From: a plasmid
Direction: 5' to 3' (one strand)
Sequence record: CP088595.1
DNA: 64,000 bases
This document shows positions 50,175 to 60,796 of the stretch, piece after piece (the first letter of the stretch is position 1; every line of letters starts with the position of its first letter). The position numbers and the translations under genes are program-made. The notes below the pieces were generated by a model. It worked only from the letters and a program-made list of their open reading frames with translations. It had not been told where the DNA came from and made no database searches.

Positions 50175-53100
50175 ATGAACATAAACCGTTTCATCTTCAC
50201 TATCGAAGACTGTCTGAACACGCTATCCCGTTTCTCTGTCGCAAGCAGTTTTGTTGAGTATTGCGATTTACGTACTGTAATTGGTCTGGACAGACAGGAT
50301 CGTGAACGTCGCCCATGGCTTAATTCGCCCTATATTGCAGCCACAAAGCGTGGAGAATATCTCTCTGTCTTTGAAGTCAGCGGTGCTTTCAGGGAAATGG
50401 ATGAAGCATCCGACCAGACTGGCCCTGGTTCACTGGAATCGCTGATCACCAGCATGAGTGACAGCCTGAATACGGCATATAAAAACAGCGGTCATAAAAT
50501 CAGCTGCGTTTTCGAGCGTGACCCTGAAATGGGGAAAGAAGAAATCGAAGACATGGTCGCCCCACAAAAACGCTCACTGGCTAATACAGGTATCCAGTTA
50601 CAGGATGTGGTCGATGAGAAAGTCACAACACTGTCCCCATGGCTGGTCCGGGAGCGTTGCTGGCTGGCGATCTGGAGTGGACCCGACCTTATCAGCAACA
50701 GCGATCGCACCGCCCATGATGAGCTTGTCAGAAGACTGGCTGAACGGGTACCGAAAGCACGCTTTGCCCAGTCCCCCTGGCAGTGGACCTTATCTGCACT
50801 GAAAATCCGCCACGAAGCTTTTCTTGATAATGTGGAACAGGCACTGAGACATTCATCTGATGGCCTGATTCTCCGGCTACTGGATATACACGAGGTCGGA
50901 CGTGAAATACGTCGTCAGACAGAACGGCACAGCACACCGCGTAACTGGCAACCCCACCTGCCTGAAGATGCCCAGCCAGCGGGATATCGCTGGACTGACG
51001 ATGAATCCGTACTACATGCTCCTTCATTGCATTTGCAGTTATTCAACACGCAGGTGACCACACAGGGCAACCTGGTTCAGGCGGGCGGACTCTGGCACGG
51101 AATGGTATCGATTACTTTACCTCCGCAAAATCTGCAGACGTTTAACGAACTGGTCCGTGCTGTCCCCCGCGCAGTCCCCTGGCGCATCAGAATGGATCTG
51201 ATGCCCGGCGGGATGAAAGCTCTTAATCTGAAGAAAACGCTTCTGACTTACAGCAGCTTCATTTCTGCCGTTCGTCCAATGTATGAATCCGTTATGACCC
51301 TGGCGGCAACGGATGAAAAAGAACCTGTCTGCATAATGACCATCATGGCCTCCACGTGGGGAAAAACACGTGAAATATGCACACGAAACCAGGCCATTCT
51401 GAAATCGGCCATTGAAGGCTGGGGCGTATGTGGCACCACGACAACATTTGGTGATCCCCGACGCGCCTGGGTGAATACCATTCTCGCGGCATCCGGAGGC
51501 TCCGGCCCGGTTCCCCTGTATCCCCCGTTGTCACATGCCATCTCGCTTTTCCCACTTAACAGGGCAGGCTCTGTCTGGCGAGGCAAAGGGAATCTGATGT
51601 TACATACAGAAGACGGTTCCGCATTTGAGGTTGGTCTGGCGTCATCCCAACAAAATAAACATACAGAACTGGCACCAGGCGATCCGGGACTGGGTAAATC
51701 AGTTCTGATTAATACGTTGTCGGAAATACAGATATCATCTGCTCAGAAAAACCTGCCCTTCATTGCCTATATCGATAAAGGATACAGTGCTCAGGGACTG
51801 GTTCAGCTTATTCGCGACAGTCTTCCTCCGGAAAGAAAAGACGAAGCTGTCGGTATTATTCTGAGCAATGATCCGGAATACACCCGTAACCTTTTTGACG
51901 TGATGTACGGCGCTAAAAAGCCTATTACGCCGGAAAAGAATTTCATGTCATCGGTGCTGTGTGCTCTCTGTGTCGATACCGGTACCGGTCAACCCTGTAA
52001 CCCCGGAGACACCCGACAAATTATCAACCAGCTTATCGAGCTGGCTTTTAAAGAGTACGGTGAAAATAATCCGCGACTTTATCGCGCCTCAACGGAAGAC
52101 CTGGTGGATTCAGCACTGCAGGACTCGGGACTGTATGAAAAACATGATGCAGCCTGGTGGGCCAGATCAACCTGGTTCGAAGTCCGGGATATGCTCCACA
52201 ATGCCGGGTATATCATGGCGGCTCAGCGGGCACATTATCAGGCAATGCCCCAGCTTCCCGAAGTATCCTCTATGCTGGGCCATACCAGTCTCAGGGATGT
52301 TTTCGGTACTGTTCAGCGTGATGGTTCAAACGAACTTCTGCTGGACTACATCCGCCGCGCCCTGGAGCAGGGACATAACGACTACCCCATGATATCCGGG
52401 TATACCCGGTTTATGATCAACCCGGAAACCCGGGTCATCGCTGTCGATCTGAATAATGTTGCCGGTGACAAAACGCCTGCAGGCAGGCTTAAAACCGGCA
52501 TCATGTACCTGCTTGCAGGTCAGATCGCCGGTGGTGACTTCACCCTGCCACAATACAGGGATGAAGTGTTAAAGCAGCTTCCACGGGAATACCATGAAAT
52601 CGCTCTTAAACGTATTAACCAACTTGATCAGGAGGTTAAGACAAAAGTTTATGATGAACTGCATAACGCCCGGGGCATTGACTTCATCTGGGAAAATCTG
52701 GATACCCAGGAGCGTGAGCAACGCAAGTTTGCTATCCGCACGGTTCTGAGTACTCAGTATCTGAGGGACTACCCGGAAAGTGTTCTTAAGTCAGCAAATA
52801 CTCTCTGGTTACTGCGCTACAAACCCGAAGATATCCCCGTACTGAGGGATAACTTCAACGTGCCTGAATTTATGCTGAAACGCTTCCTGAAAATGCCGGA
52901 AGGCCCGGCACCGGATGGTAGTGGTGTTCCTGTTCTGGGAGTATTCAGGGTAAAAAGTGGCACGCTTGCGAGAATACTCAAATTTACCGTCGGTCCACTG
53001 GAGCTATGGGCGCTGAACTCATCACCAAAAGACAGTGCCCTGCGTAAAACGCTGACAAATAAGTTAGGTTCAGTTCGGGCACGTAAGATTCTGGCCGAAA

Positions 53101-53219
53101 ACTTCCCCAGAGGTTCTGCAACGTCATTAATTGAGCACCGGGCGGGCCAACATAACAGTGACAATGTTATTGAAGATCTGGCCTCGGAGCTCATCCGAAA
53201 ACAGGGATACAATCTCTGA
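50175..53219 (+). CDS. traU: TraU, VirB4-like conjugation ATPase (1014 aa)
   Basis: ATG 50175 gives 1014 aa, the R64 TraU length. A nucleotide-binding motif GDPGLGKS lies in the C-terminal half. The listed ORF starts 31 codons upstream. Confidence 0.75.
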   Translation: MNINRFIFTIEDCLNTLSRFSVASSFVEYCDLRTVIGLDRQDRERRPWLNSPYIAATKRGEYLSVFEVSGAFREMDEASDQTGPGSLESLITSMSDSLNTAYKNSGHKISCVFERDPEMGKEEIEDMVAPQKRSLANTGIQLQDVVDEKVTTLSPWLVRERCWLAIWSGPDLISNSDRTAHDELVRRLAERVPKARFAQSPWQWTLSALKIRHEAFLDNVEQALRHSSDGLILRLLDIHEVGREIRRQTERHSTPRNWQPHLPEDAQPAGYRWTDDESVLHAPSLHLQLFNTQVTTQGNLVQAGGLWHGMVSITLPPQNLQTFNELVRAVPRAVPWRIRMDLMPGGMKALNLKKTLLTYSSFISAVRPMYESVMTLAATDEKEPVCIMTIMASTWGKTREICTRNQAILKSAIEGWGVCGTTTTFGDPRRAWVNTILAASGGSGPVPLYPPLSHAISLFPLNRAGSVWRGKGNLMLHTEDGSAFEVGLASSQQNKHTELAPGDPGLGKSVLINTLSEIQISSAQKNLPFIAYIDKGYSAQGLVQLIRDSLPPERKDEAVGIILSNDPEYTRNLFDVMYGAKKPITPEKNFMSSVLCALCVDTGTGQPCNPGDTRQIINQLIELAFKEYGENNPRLYRASTEDLVDSALQDSGLYEKHDAAWWARSTWFEVRDMLHNAGYIMAAQRAHYQAMPQLPEVSSMLGHTSLRDVFGTVQRDGSNELLLDYIRRALEQGHNDYPMISGYTRFMINPETRVIAVDLNNVAGDKTPAGRLKTGIMYLLAGQIAGGDFTLPQYRDEVLKQLPREYHEIALKRINQLDQEVKTKVYDELHNARGIDFIWENLDTQEREQRKFAIRTVLSTQYLRDYPESVLKSANTLWLLRYKPEDIPVLRDNFNVPEFMLKRFLKMPEGPAPDGSGVPVLGVFRVKSGTLARILKFTVGPLELWALNSSPKDSALRKTLTNKLGSVRARKILAENFPRGSATSLIEHRAGQHNSDNVIEDLASELIRKQGYNL

Positions 53220-53833
53220 TGTGTACAATTCATATCACCCCACGCTGCCGGAGACCTGCCAGAGGGCAGGTATTTCTTAAAAAGCTTGAGGTAAAAGGTG
53301 ACAGTTTCTCATTCACTCTGCCGTCACGTCTCTTCAGGTTACATCCGGCCCCCAATCCCAGAGTGATATACGCTTCGGATGCCAGAACACAGGGAAAGGT
53401 TACAGGCATGCGGCTGTTGTTGCCGTCCAGCACAGATGAGCTGATAACAACGGCAATATGGCAGGTTTCTGTCCCGGATGAAGCACCATTCGACGTTCAG
53501 CATGTCATCCAGTGGATACTCCCTTCACCGCTGGCTTCGCTGATGTCCGATGATACCTGGTTATGGCCATCCGTTCCCGGAACGCCGGCACTGAGTGCCG
53601 GTGACTGGCCTGTTATGGATACTGACCCTTCCACCTTACGGCGCGTCAGACGTCGTTCTTTCAGCATCATCGATAACCGGAACAGGAAAGGTTATATCAC
53701 CAGGCGATATCAGTGTTTCCCACTGGCCCCACTACCTGAAGACAGAAAATACGACAGCCTTCCTGACCTTGTGCTCCATCCCGAGCAGGAGACAATAAAA
53801 TGCAAAGAAAAACATTACTCGCAGCCCTTATAA
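53219..53833 (+). CDS. traV: TraV (204 aa)
   Basis: Positional. Confidence 0.5.
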   Translation: MCTIHITPRCRRPARGQVFLKKLEVKGDSFSFTLPSRLFRLHPAPNPRVIYASDARTQGKVTGMRLLLPSSTDELITTAIWQVSVPDEAPFDVQHVIQWILPSPLASLMSDDTWLWPSVPGTPALSAGDWPVMDTDPSTLRRVRRRSFSIIDNRNRKGYITRRYQCFPLAPLPEDRKYDSLPDLVLHPEQETIKCKEKHYSQPL

Positions 53834-55002
53834 CCACCCTGAGTGGAACGGCATGCCAGGCTCATGCTTATTCAGTCACCGTCGTCGCCAGCCGGCCTGT
53901 TGAAGAGCAGGTCATCCCCAGAATGGAAGCCATCAAAGATGTCCTTGGCAACATACTGAGTACCCAGACAGCCACGGGTACCGCTATCAATCAGAACTCT
54001 GAAAAGCTGGCAAGTGTCATTGCCCAGAACGGACAGGCGACACGTCAGCAGATGATTTTCAGTAATGAAACTCAGCGCCTCGAGGAGGCACGGAAAAGCT
54101 TCACCGTGCCAGACTCCATCTGCAGTGAATCCGCATCAGGGATTGCAACAGAAAGCAAAAGTGCCTCAGCATCCGCTGCCTCAAAACTCAGTAAAGGTGG
54201 CGGTGTGAGCAACCGTAGCATCCGCGACCGTCTGGCCAGCGCAGCAAACTCTCCCGTGCGGGAAGCTTATGATGGCGCGGCCATACACGCCAGTTACTGT
54301 ACAGAAGCAGAATATGCACGTTTTGGAGGAACCGCCGTTTGTCCTTCTGTGGGCGAAATACCAGGTGGAGACAGTCAGGTACGCTCGATTTACCACGGCG
54401 CAGGTACAGCGGACACACCTGCAGCACTGACATGGGATCAGAAGCAAATAGATGCAGCGACGGCTTACATGAAAAACACTTCCCGCCCCTCTGCCGGTCG
54501 TGCTCTGGGTAAAGGAGAAGTGAATACCCAGAGTGGGCGAACCTACGTCGGACTCCAGAACGAATACAACGGCATCATTGATTCTGCGTCGAATCCCCAA
54601 CTGACGCTGATTGCTGACAGCACGCCTGATGAAAGCACACGTAAAGCACTGGCTGAAACACTGCAGTCAGACTCAGCAGCCGCTTACTTCGACCAGGTGG
54701 CTTCACCAGAAGCAAAAGCACGGGGATATATGAGTACCCGTGAGTTTGAAGCTTTTGAGGCTGGCCGGCGCTACGCCAACACAGCATACCTGGTGGATTT
54801 ACAGGAAATGCAGGGAGATAACCTGCTCCGTGAACTGGTAAGAATCACTGCGCAAATGAACTGGCAGCTGAACGACCTGAAAGAACAGATCCGCCAGGGT
54901 AATGTCATCTCTGGACAGCAACTGGCTCTGACCGCCCGCCAGTATTATGAAAAACAACTCGGTAGCCTTGAGAAAACAATCAATCAGGCAAACGCACGTT
55001 GA
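53800..55002 (+). CDS. traW: TraW (400 aa), exported lipoprotein-like protein
   Basis: Positional. Has a signal peptide. Confidence 0.55.
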   Translation: MQRKTLLAALITTLSGTACQAHAYSVTVVASRPVEEQVIPRMEAIKDVLGNILSTQTATGTAINQNSEKLASVIAQNGQATRQQMIFSNETQRLEEARKSFTVPDSICSESASGIATESKSASASAASKLSKGGGVSNRSIRDRLASAANSPVREAYDGAAIHASYCTEAEYARFGGTAVCPSVGEIPGGDSQVRSIYHGAGTADTPAALTWDQKQIDAATAYMKNTSRPSAGRALGKGEVNTQSGRTYVGLQNEYNGIIDSASNPQLTLIADSTPDESTRKALAETLQSDSAAAYFDQVASPEAKARGYMSTREFEAFEAGRRYANTAYLVDLQEMQGDNLLRELVRITAQMNWQLNDLKEQIRQGNVISGQQLALTARQYYEKQLGSLEKTINQANAR

Positions 55003-55030
55003 AAGCTGACGTCAGAACAGGACTGAAAAA

Positions 55031-55615
55031 ATGAATAAGTTACCGGAAAATTCAGACCAGACGAAAAACGTCAAAAAATCACCATCCATCACCCGCATAG
55101 CCACCCGGGGGATTATTAACATTTTGGTTCCTCTGATGGAGACTCGCCTGATAACGAATTCTGTACAGCATATGCTGAAGCAACAAAAAAGCAGGCTGGA
55201 AAAATTCCGTCAGGTAAATAATAAAAAGGCGCAACTCTGCCTCTCGTGGGAAGAAGCTCTGCTGGCCAGCCATATGTCAGTAGACGATCTGGATCGCCGT
55301 TTCCGTCGGCGCAGAACAGCATGGCGGTTATGCTGCTGGAGTCTGCTGGCCATCGCTTTATTCCTCAGCGGTATGCTCTTTGCCGCCTCCTCATTACCTT
55401 TGATGACACTGGTACGCGCCATCAGCACTCTTATGTTGATACTGTCAGGCGTCGCTCTTTGTGCTTCCAGAGCTCTGATAGTTACATACCGCCTCTGGCA
55501 GTTGCATGAACGAAAAGTCAGCGAACCCGAGCAGGGGACTTTCCGTGATTTTCTGAACGACCGCAATGGCTGGCGCAATGCCACATTAATTGCCGTAACC
55601 AGTAAACAATACTGA
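55031..55615 (+). CDS. traX: TraX (194 aa), membrane protein
   Basis: Positional. Confidence 0.5.
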   Translation: MNKLPENSDQTKNVKKSPSITRIATRGIINILVPLMETRLITNSVQHMLKQQKSRLEKFRQVNNKKAQLCLSWEEALLASHMSVDDLDRRFRRRRTAWRLCCWSLLAIALFLSGMLFAASSLPLMTLVRAISTLMLILSGVALCASRALIVTYRLWQLHERKVSEPEQGTFRDFLNDRNGWRNATLIAVTSKQY

Positions 55616-55642
55616 TCACGTCCAGATGCCAGTACCACTGGC

Positions 55643-57880
55643 ATGTCGCCATCCCCCTTAATTAAATCCTGTGTGGCCTTTGCCCATACGCAATTCTATT
55701 CCGGAGTTACTGTGAAAATTTTACTTCGCGCACTCTGTGCAGGCCTTGCTATATCCTCACTGCCGGCAATGGCTTCAGTGACCTATCAGGATATTGTGTC
55801 TGCCGCAACCAATCCTGACGATCTGTCCCGTCAGGCGCTGGTCACGATATTCGGTGATGTAGTCACCAATCCACTGTCAACCAGCGCCCCCACTCTGATC
55901 GGAAGCATGTTCGGGGCGTTCAACAGTATCATCGCCGTACTTGCCGTTGTCTGGTTTATGTTCATTGGTATCCGTCATGTTGTGCGTTCGGGGCATCAGG
56001 GACAGGTATTCAGCACCGGACGCGATATCGTCGGCACACTGAGTGTCGTTGCAGGTTTTCTGATGATCGTTCCAACCGGAAATGGCTGGAGTATCGCTCA
56101 GCTCATTATGTTATGGGGCGCATCGATAATGGGGGTTGGGTCCGCCAATGTGATGGTGCAACTTGCCGCTGATAATATCGCAAATGGTTATTCAATGACT
56201 GTACAGCCAGTTCAGGCATCCACACGAACAGCAGCGCGTGGCATTTTTGAAATGGAACTGTGTAAGTATGCGGTTAACGCAGGACTAAATGATTTTAATC
56301 AGACGGTCAAATCCTCGACTTCACTGATGACAGAATCAGCTAAAACCGCCAGTGGTAATTACACTGTCACGGTATCCAATGGCAGCGGTATCTGTGGTTC
56401 AGCCAGCCTGTCAGTAGAAGGAAACGGAACAACAGATCAATCGACGATTGGAAAATTCTTTAATCCCTTCAGTAAAAACGAATACAGCGGTGTTATCTCA
56501 GCACAACGTGCAGCCATGGATAATATGATTAGCGACATGGACAACGCTGCCAGTGAGTTTGTGACAACATTTCTGGAAAAAAGAAATTCTGGCAACGGAA
56601 CACTGCCGGATATCGAGACACGAATTCAGAAAGCAGCCGACGAATACGAACGTGCTGTGCAAAAATCGCTACCCACTGATAACGGAGAGCAATCCAGAAA
56701 AGAGGCTCTTAAATCTTATCTCACAACCTACGGGTGGGTAACGCTTGGCGCATGGTATCAGACCTTTGCCACTGCTAACCAGCGTCTGGCAGAGCTGGCT
56801 GACAGAGCTCCAGCTGTAACTTCAATGTCATCACTGGGAGAAGTTGGTGATACTGACTTATTCAGTGCGGTCATGAGTGCCTATAGGACGCAACTGCAGA
56901 ATTCCTCCTATACGCCACCGCTGGGCACAGTAGTATCATCCAGTGAACAACGCATGGCAAATGCACAAGATCCGAAATCTGCCTTGTCTGAAATTATGGG
57001 CCCCCTTGTTAGTCTCACTAACAGGATTGCAACGGAAACAAGTGGCACAGGCACAACCAGTGCTCAAATTAATCCTCTGATAAAAATGAAAAATATCGGA
57101 GATATAACAATGGTAAGTGCAGAAGGAATCTGGACTATATATACAACGGCCAGAGTTGTCGTTGCCGGTGGCAAAGATTCAATTCTTGTAAAATTCTTTA
57201 ACTCACTAACAGGTGCCGCTTCGATGCTTACCGCGCTGTTTGAAGCACTTGCACCACCTGTTTATTTTCTTTTGTTCCTGATGTTCTGTGCTGGATTTTC
57301 CTTATCAATTTACCTGCCATTCATTCCGTTTATTTTCTGGATGACAGGCATCGGGAACTGGATAGTCAGCGTATTAATAGGATGTACCGCCGGGCCGCTG
57401 TGGGCTGCAACACATCTCGGGACATCAGAAGACAGAGGAAGTCGGGCAGCCTACGGTTATATATACTTAATTGATAGTATGATAAGGCCGCCCATCATGG
57501 TCTTTGGTTTTTTCTTTGCTTCTGTAGCCATCATCGCCGTAGGCACAATACTGAATGCATTATTTGGCGCTGCCCTGGTTAACGTACAGTTCAATTCGCT
57601 GACCGGTATTTTCAGTCTTGCTGGTTTCTTGCTGATATACGCCAGAATTTGTACAACCACTGTAGCTGCCATATTTGCCCTTCAGGCCTACCTACCTGAT
57701 CATGTTATTAACTTCCTAGGGGGACGTGATGGAGCCAACACGCTTGGCAGCATGGCAAATTCTGTTAAAGAAATATTTATTGGAGGAAGTCGCAATATCC
57801 GACATACTCCTGGAATGAAAACAGATCGTCTTAAAGATAATACAAAAGGAAGTGACGACAAGGACGGAATAAAAGGATAA
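55643..57880 (+). CDS. traY: TraY, large integral membrane protein (745 aa)
   Basis: 745 aa as in R64 TraY. Multiple TM helices. Confidence 0.7.
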   Translation: MSPSPLIKSCVAFAHTQFYSGVTVKILLRALCAGLAISSLPAMASVTYQDIVSAATNPDDLSRQALVTIFGDVVTNPLSTSAPTLIGSMFGAFNSIIAVLAVVWFMFIGIRHVVRSGHQGQVFSTGRDIVGTLSVVAGFLMIVPTGNGWSIAQLIMLWGASIMGVGSANVMVQLAADNIANGYSMTVQPVQASTRTAARGIFEMELCKYAVNAGLNDFNQTVKSSTSLMTESAKTASGNYTVTVSNGSGICGSASLSVEGNGTTDQSTIGKFFNPFSKNEYSGVISAQRAAMDNMISDMDNAASEFVTTFLEKRNSGNGTLPDIETRIQKAADEYERAVQKSLPTDNGEQSRKEALKSYLTTYGWVTLGAWYQTFATANQRLAELADRAPAVTSMSSLGEVGDTDLFSAVMSAYRTQLQNSSYTPPLGTVVSSSEQRMANAQDPKSALSEIMGPLVSLTNRIATETSGTGTTSAQINPLIKMKNIGDITMVSAEGIWTIYTTARVVVAGGKDSILVKFFNSLTGAASMLTALFEALAPPVYFLLFLMFCAGFSLSIYLPFIPFIFWMTGIGNWIVSVLIGCTAGPLWAATHLGTSEDRGSRAAYGYIYLIDSMIRPPIMVFGFFFASVAIIAVGTILNALFGAALVNVQFNSLTGIFSLAGFLLIYARICTTTVAAIFALQAYLPDHVINFLGGRDGANTLGSMANSVKEIFIGGSRNIRHTPGMKTDRLKDNTKGSDDKDGIKG

Positions 57881-57950
57881 TATCAATATAAATATTGCAC
57901 AACCTCCCCATCGGCATTAAAATAATAGATAGTACGAGGGGAGGCATTAT

Positions 57951-58613
57951 ATGAAAGCTAAAAGAGAAACAACAGACAGATTTCCAACCTGGTGGCTATT
58001 TTATTATGTATTAAGAAAAGCTTATTTCTTTCTTGGAATCCCTTTTTTTCTGTTCTGCGCATTAGGCTTTACCGAAATGCTATGTTCTGATCGTTATTTC
58101 GGAAATAAGGTCGAAGATTATGTTGTCACTTTTGGTAGTTGGTTCTTATTACTTGCGCCAGGCATATGGATGTACTCACGTGCAAAAACAAGGAGAGAAA
58201 AAATAAGAAAAGTTGTACAAACAATAAAAGAGTCAGGCTTCTACTCTCCAGAGAAGGGGTATGAAGGATTATCTTTAACTCAGGGAGCTTATTTCGGTAT
58301 TGACCTTAAAAATGGCACAATGTTGTATGTCCGTATTTATCCAGGCAACATTATGGATGTTATCGGTTTTGACATTCATAATTTCACTCGTACTGTAACA
58401 GACGACAAAACACTGGAAATTCATACGAAATACATCAACCTGCCAATGGTTCCTATTCCATCATGGTGTACTCATCCAGAAACCGCATCAAACACCATGC
58501 ACGCGATGGCAAGTCGAGGATATGATTACCCTGTCGACTTTCCTCGCCTGATTCAGGAAAAGCGTAAGGAGTGGGAGCAGATTGCAGGCATACCTGTAGC
58601 CGAAGTATTTTAA
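57951..58613 (+). CDS. excA: ExcA entry-exclusion protein (220 aa)
   Basis: 220 aa, immediately after traY. N-terminal membrane region. Confidence 0.65.
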   Translation: MKAKRETTDRFPTWWLFYYVLRKAYFFLGIPFFLFCALGFTEMLCSDRYFGNKVEDYVVTFGSWFLLLAPGIWMYSRAKTRREKIRKVVQTIKESGFYSPEKGYEGLSLTQGAYFGIDLKNGTMLYVRIYPGNIMDVIGFDIHNFTRTVTDDKTLEIHTKYINLPMVPIPSWCTHPETASNTMHAMASRGYDYPVDFPRLIQEKRKEWEQIAGIPVAEVF

Positions 58614-58635
58614 GATAAGCTCCCTCCATAACAGC

Positions 58636-58664
58636 CGGTTCAAATGAGCCGGCTTTTGTTCATT
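58636..58664 (+). terminator. Rho-independent terminator after excA
   Basis: AGCCGGTTCAAATGAGCCGGCTTTTG. Confidence 0.6.
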
Positions 58665-58684
58665 ACAACAGATAACTTATGCCG

Positions 58685-58900
58685 TTACCGATAAATTCGA
58701 CCAAGTGCTTTAATCGCAGCAATTTTTATTTCCATATCATCACTTTGACTCAATCTATGTAATTCACGAGTAATGTTCTCCGCCTGACACCGGCCTTCAC
58801 CTAATGCATAGATCGCAGCAAGTGTAACGTCTTTTGATTTACTCTTCATCATTTCAAACAAGAAAGTATTAGCTATCGCAGGAGGCATGCTCATAATCAA
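58685..58900 (-). CDS. Small hypothetical protein (71 aa, HEAT-repeat-like fragment?)
   Basis: The listed ORF is the only support. Confidence 0.25.
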   Translation of the reverse strand: MIMSMPPAIANTFLFEMMKSKSKDVTLAAIYALGEGRCQAENITRELHRLSQSDDMEIKIAAIKALGRIYR

Positions 58901-59285
58901 TCCTCTTCATGAAATAAACAATGGCACTCACTTACAAACAGGAGTCCACTATCGCAAGCGACTCAACTTAGCAATATCTCTCAATTTGAATGAAAAAACC
59001 AGATGGCATGTGACAGGGAACCGTCCGCATGATGTCCGTGACCATTTAACCCCATAAGCTACCCTTGTCACAAACGGGCGCAGAACAGCCTGCCAGACAG
59101 ACAACAAAACAAAAGTCCAAGATAAAACATGAATACCGGTATCTCAATGCGAAGAAATAATCTCCGTAGCCCCCCCCATGAGAAAAATATCATATGGGAG
59201 AAAATCGCAATTATCACAGCCAGCGCATTCATTATTTTCGCTGTGCTCTGGCATTAATTATTTTCAACACAAAAAGGAAAAAACA

Positions 59286-59462
59286 ATGAATCTGGTAGAC
59301 GCCTTTGTCAAAAAAGTAATATCCGGGCCATATGAAGAATATGGAAAATGGTGGATAGATGTCGAATACATTTCATGGGGTGTTCCCGGGAAAACAAGAC
59401 TGATGTTTGAGTCAAAGGAGCAGGCACTGGAAGTTAAAGAAGGGTACAAATTTTTAACGTGA
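59286..59462 (+). CDS. Small hypothetical protein (58 aa)
   Basis: ATG 59286 preceded by AAAAAGGAAAAAACA. Followed by a hairpin terminator GGGCAGGAAGCGGTAACTCCCTGCCC (59481-59506). Confidence 0.3.
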   Translation: MNLVDAFVKKVISGPYEEYGKWWIDVEYISWGVPGKTRLMFESKEQALEVKEGYKFLT

Positions 59463-59526
59463 GATCTCTTTTTGTTAAAGGGCAGGAAGCGGTAACTCCC
59501 TGCCCTTAGTTACGTTTCCAGGCTTA

Positions 59527-59622
59527 TCAGTCGATAAGTTCCCGGATCAGTTCCAGAACAGCAATCAGCGCGTTTGCAACGGCAACTACTGCCCTGAGAA
59601 CGATGATTAACAGATTAATCAT
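59527..59622 (-). CDS. Candidate type I toxin-like small hydrophobic peptide (31 aa), DinQ/TisB-like
   Basis: MINLLIIVLRAVVAVANALIAVLELIRELID with GGAG 9 nt upstream. Resembles E. coli DinQ (…IVLGALIALLELIRFLLQLLN). Direct repeats lie upstream, as in the dinQ-agrAB arrangement. Confidence 0.35.
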   Translation of the reverse strand: MINLLIIVLRAVVAVANALIAVLELIRELID

Positions 59623-59694
59623 CCGCTTCTCCATCACTGGAGAAAGAACCCCGTTGTTCGCTCTTACACTGCCTGTCACAACGGTTTCTATAGT

Positions 59695-59727
59695 GTCAGT
59701 TATAGACAGTTCTTCTCCGACCAGAGC
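59695..59727. repeat. 33-bp direct repeat, copy 1 (in the 5' region of the DinQ-like ORF transcript)
   Basis: GTCAGTTATAGACAGTTCTTCTCCGACCAGAGC. Copy 2 at 59883-59915 differs at one position. Confidence 0.8.
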
Positions 59728-59882
59728 ACCAAAACCAGCACCACCTGATGTTTTGGCCAGGACTTGCAACCTGTTCTTCCCGCTGAACAATATGTCGGAC
59801 AGAACATGCCTCAGAGCTGACATGCCGAGTATACACTTATCCAGTACTTGCAGAAATATAATTCCAGACGTACTATCTACAA

Positions 59883-59915
59883 GTCAGTTATAGACAGTTC
59901 TTTTCCGACCAGAGC
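59883..59915. repeat. 33-bp direct repeat, copy 2
   Basis: GTCAGTTATAGACAGTTCTTTTCCGACCAGAGC. Confidence 0.8.
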
Positions 59916-59935
59916 CACCCACTCTGTAACGGAAC

Positions 59936-59969
59936 AGTAAAAAAACCGACCTCACCAGTCGGTTTTTTT
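59936..59969. terminator. Bidirectional hairpin terminator
   Basis: AAAAAAACCGACCTCACCAGTCGGTTTTTTT. Confidence 0.6.
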
Positions 59970-60122
59970 ACATCTGTTGTTTCTCAAAATCCGCCCGACA
60001 TGCCCGTCACACCGGGGAAACTCATGCTTTGAATCAGAACCAATCATCTCAACTTTGCCGTCTCCTGAAAAAACTGGCACATTCAGTTCGATAACTACCC
60101 ATAAATACAGAGAGAAAATCCG

Positions 60123-60374
60123 ATGTCAGAAAAGTGGAGTAAAGAATTCGACTCTTGCTTTCAGGTGGGGAGCATAGAAGAAATTGCCGATGCTCTCGAG
60201 AAACGCAGCGGAAGCGAGGAAAACGCGTTAGCCATGCTGGCAATGACAGCCTTCACACTCATGACCCGACGTGGTATCTGCGAAATGCAGAACGTGGCCC
60301 CCGATGGCAAAGGCATTCGGCTGGAGCTAATCGGCTTCAGGGAAAATGAAACAATACCAGATACGCTTCATTGA
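60123..60374 (+). CDS. Hypothetical protein (83 aa)
   Basis: ORF with a weak SD. No motif support. Confidence 0.3.
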   Translation: MSEKWSKEFDSCFQVGSIEEIADALEKRSGSEENALAMLAMTAFTLMTRRGICEMQNVAPDGKGIRLELIGFRENETIPDTLH

Positions 60375-60445
60375 AGAAGAAAGGGCGCAATGAGGTCAGC
60401 CTTCGCAACAAAGCGGCGGCAGAAAACCTGCCGCCGTGTTGCCCG

Positions 60446-60598
60446 TTAACGTTTAACTTCGTAGGCTAACGTTGCCACAAGCACTGTGTTTCCCTGCTGG
60501 AGCCGGAGTCCGCAAAGCGAATCCCTCACCATCCAGACAAAACACAGAATCGTCACACAGACGACGATTAACATCATTAAAAACGTTCGCTGTGGCAT
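60446..60598 (-). CDS. pndA: PndA, Hok-family membrane toxin (50 aa) of the pnd post-segregational killing locus
   Basis: Minus-strand translation MPQRTFLMMLIVVCVTILCFVWMVRDSLCGLRLQQGNTVLVATLAYEVKR. This is the Hok/PndA family sequence, with stop TAA at 60446-60448. Confidence 0.85.
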   Translation of the reverse strand: MPQRTFLMMLIVVCVTILCFVWMVRDSLCGLRLQQGNTVLVATLAYEVKR

Positions 60599-60737
60599 CA
60601 TAGCCCCTCCATTGCCTTCCGGCGGTTATCGGGCTACTATAATGTTGTTGAGGCATTACAGTAGAGCCCTTGGTTGATTGATAAAAAAATCTCCAGGGGC
60701 TTTCTGCTGTATACCGTCCACAAAACGCTTTCGGCAT
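60453..60737 (-). CDS. pndC: PndC (Mok-like overlapping reading frame needed for pndA translation)
   Basis: Listed minus-strand ORF overlapping pndA in another frame, as mok overlaps hok. The true start within this frame is uncertain. Confidence 0.45.
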   Translation of the reverse strand: MPKAFCGRYTAESPWRFFYQSTKGSTVMPQQHYSSPITAGRQWRGYDATANVFNDVNRRLCDDSVFCLDGEGFALRTPAPAGKHSACGNVSLRS

Positions 60738-60796
60738 ACAGCCTCAAGCGCCCGCAGCTATTCTAACGACTTTCGTATCTGTAACAATCCTTTTAT
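60632..60796. repeat. 165-bp pnd control-region module, copy A (native, attached to pndCA)
   Basis: About 95 percent identical to 62053-62216. Contains the Sok-like promoter and terminator and, on the minus strand, the pnd mRNA promoter TTGTTA-N16-TAGAAT. Confidence 0.85.
60648..60712 (+). ncRNA. pndB: PndB (Sok-like) antisense RNA, predicted
   Basis: Plus-strand TATAAT at 60638-60643. It is followed by roughly 65 nt complementary to the pndA mRNA leader, ending in the hairpin AGCCCTTGG...CCAGGGGCT plus TTTCTGCTG. Confidence 0.45.
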
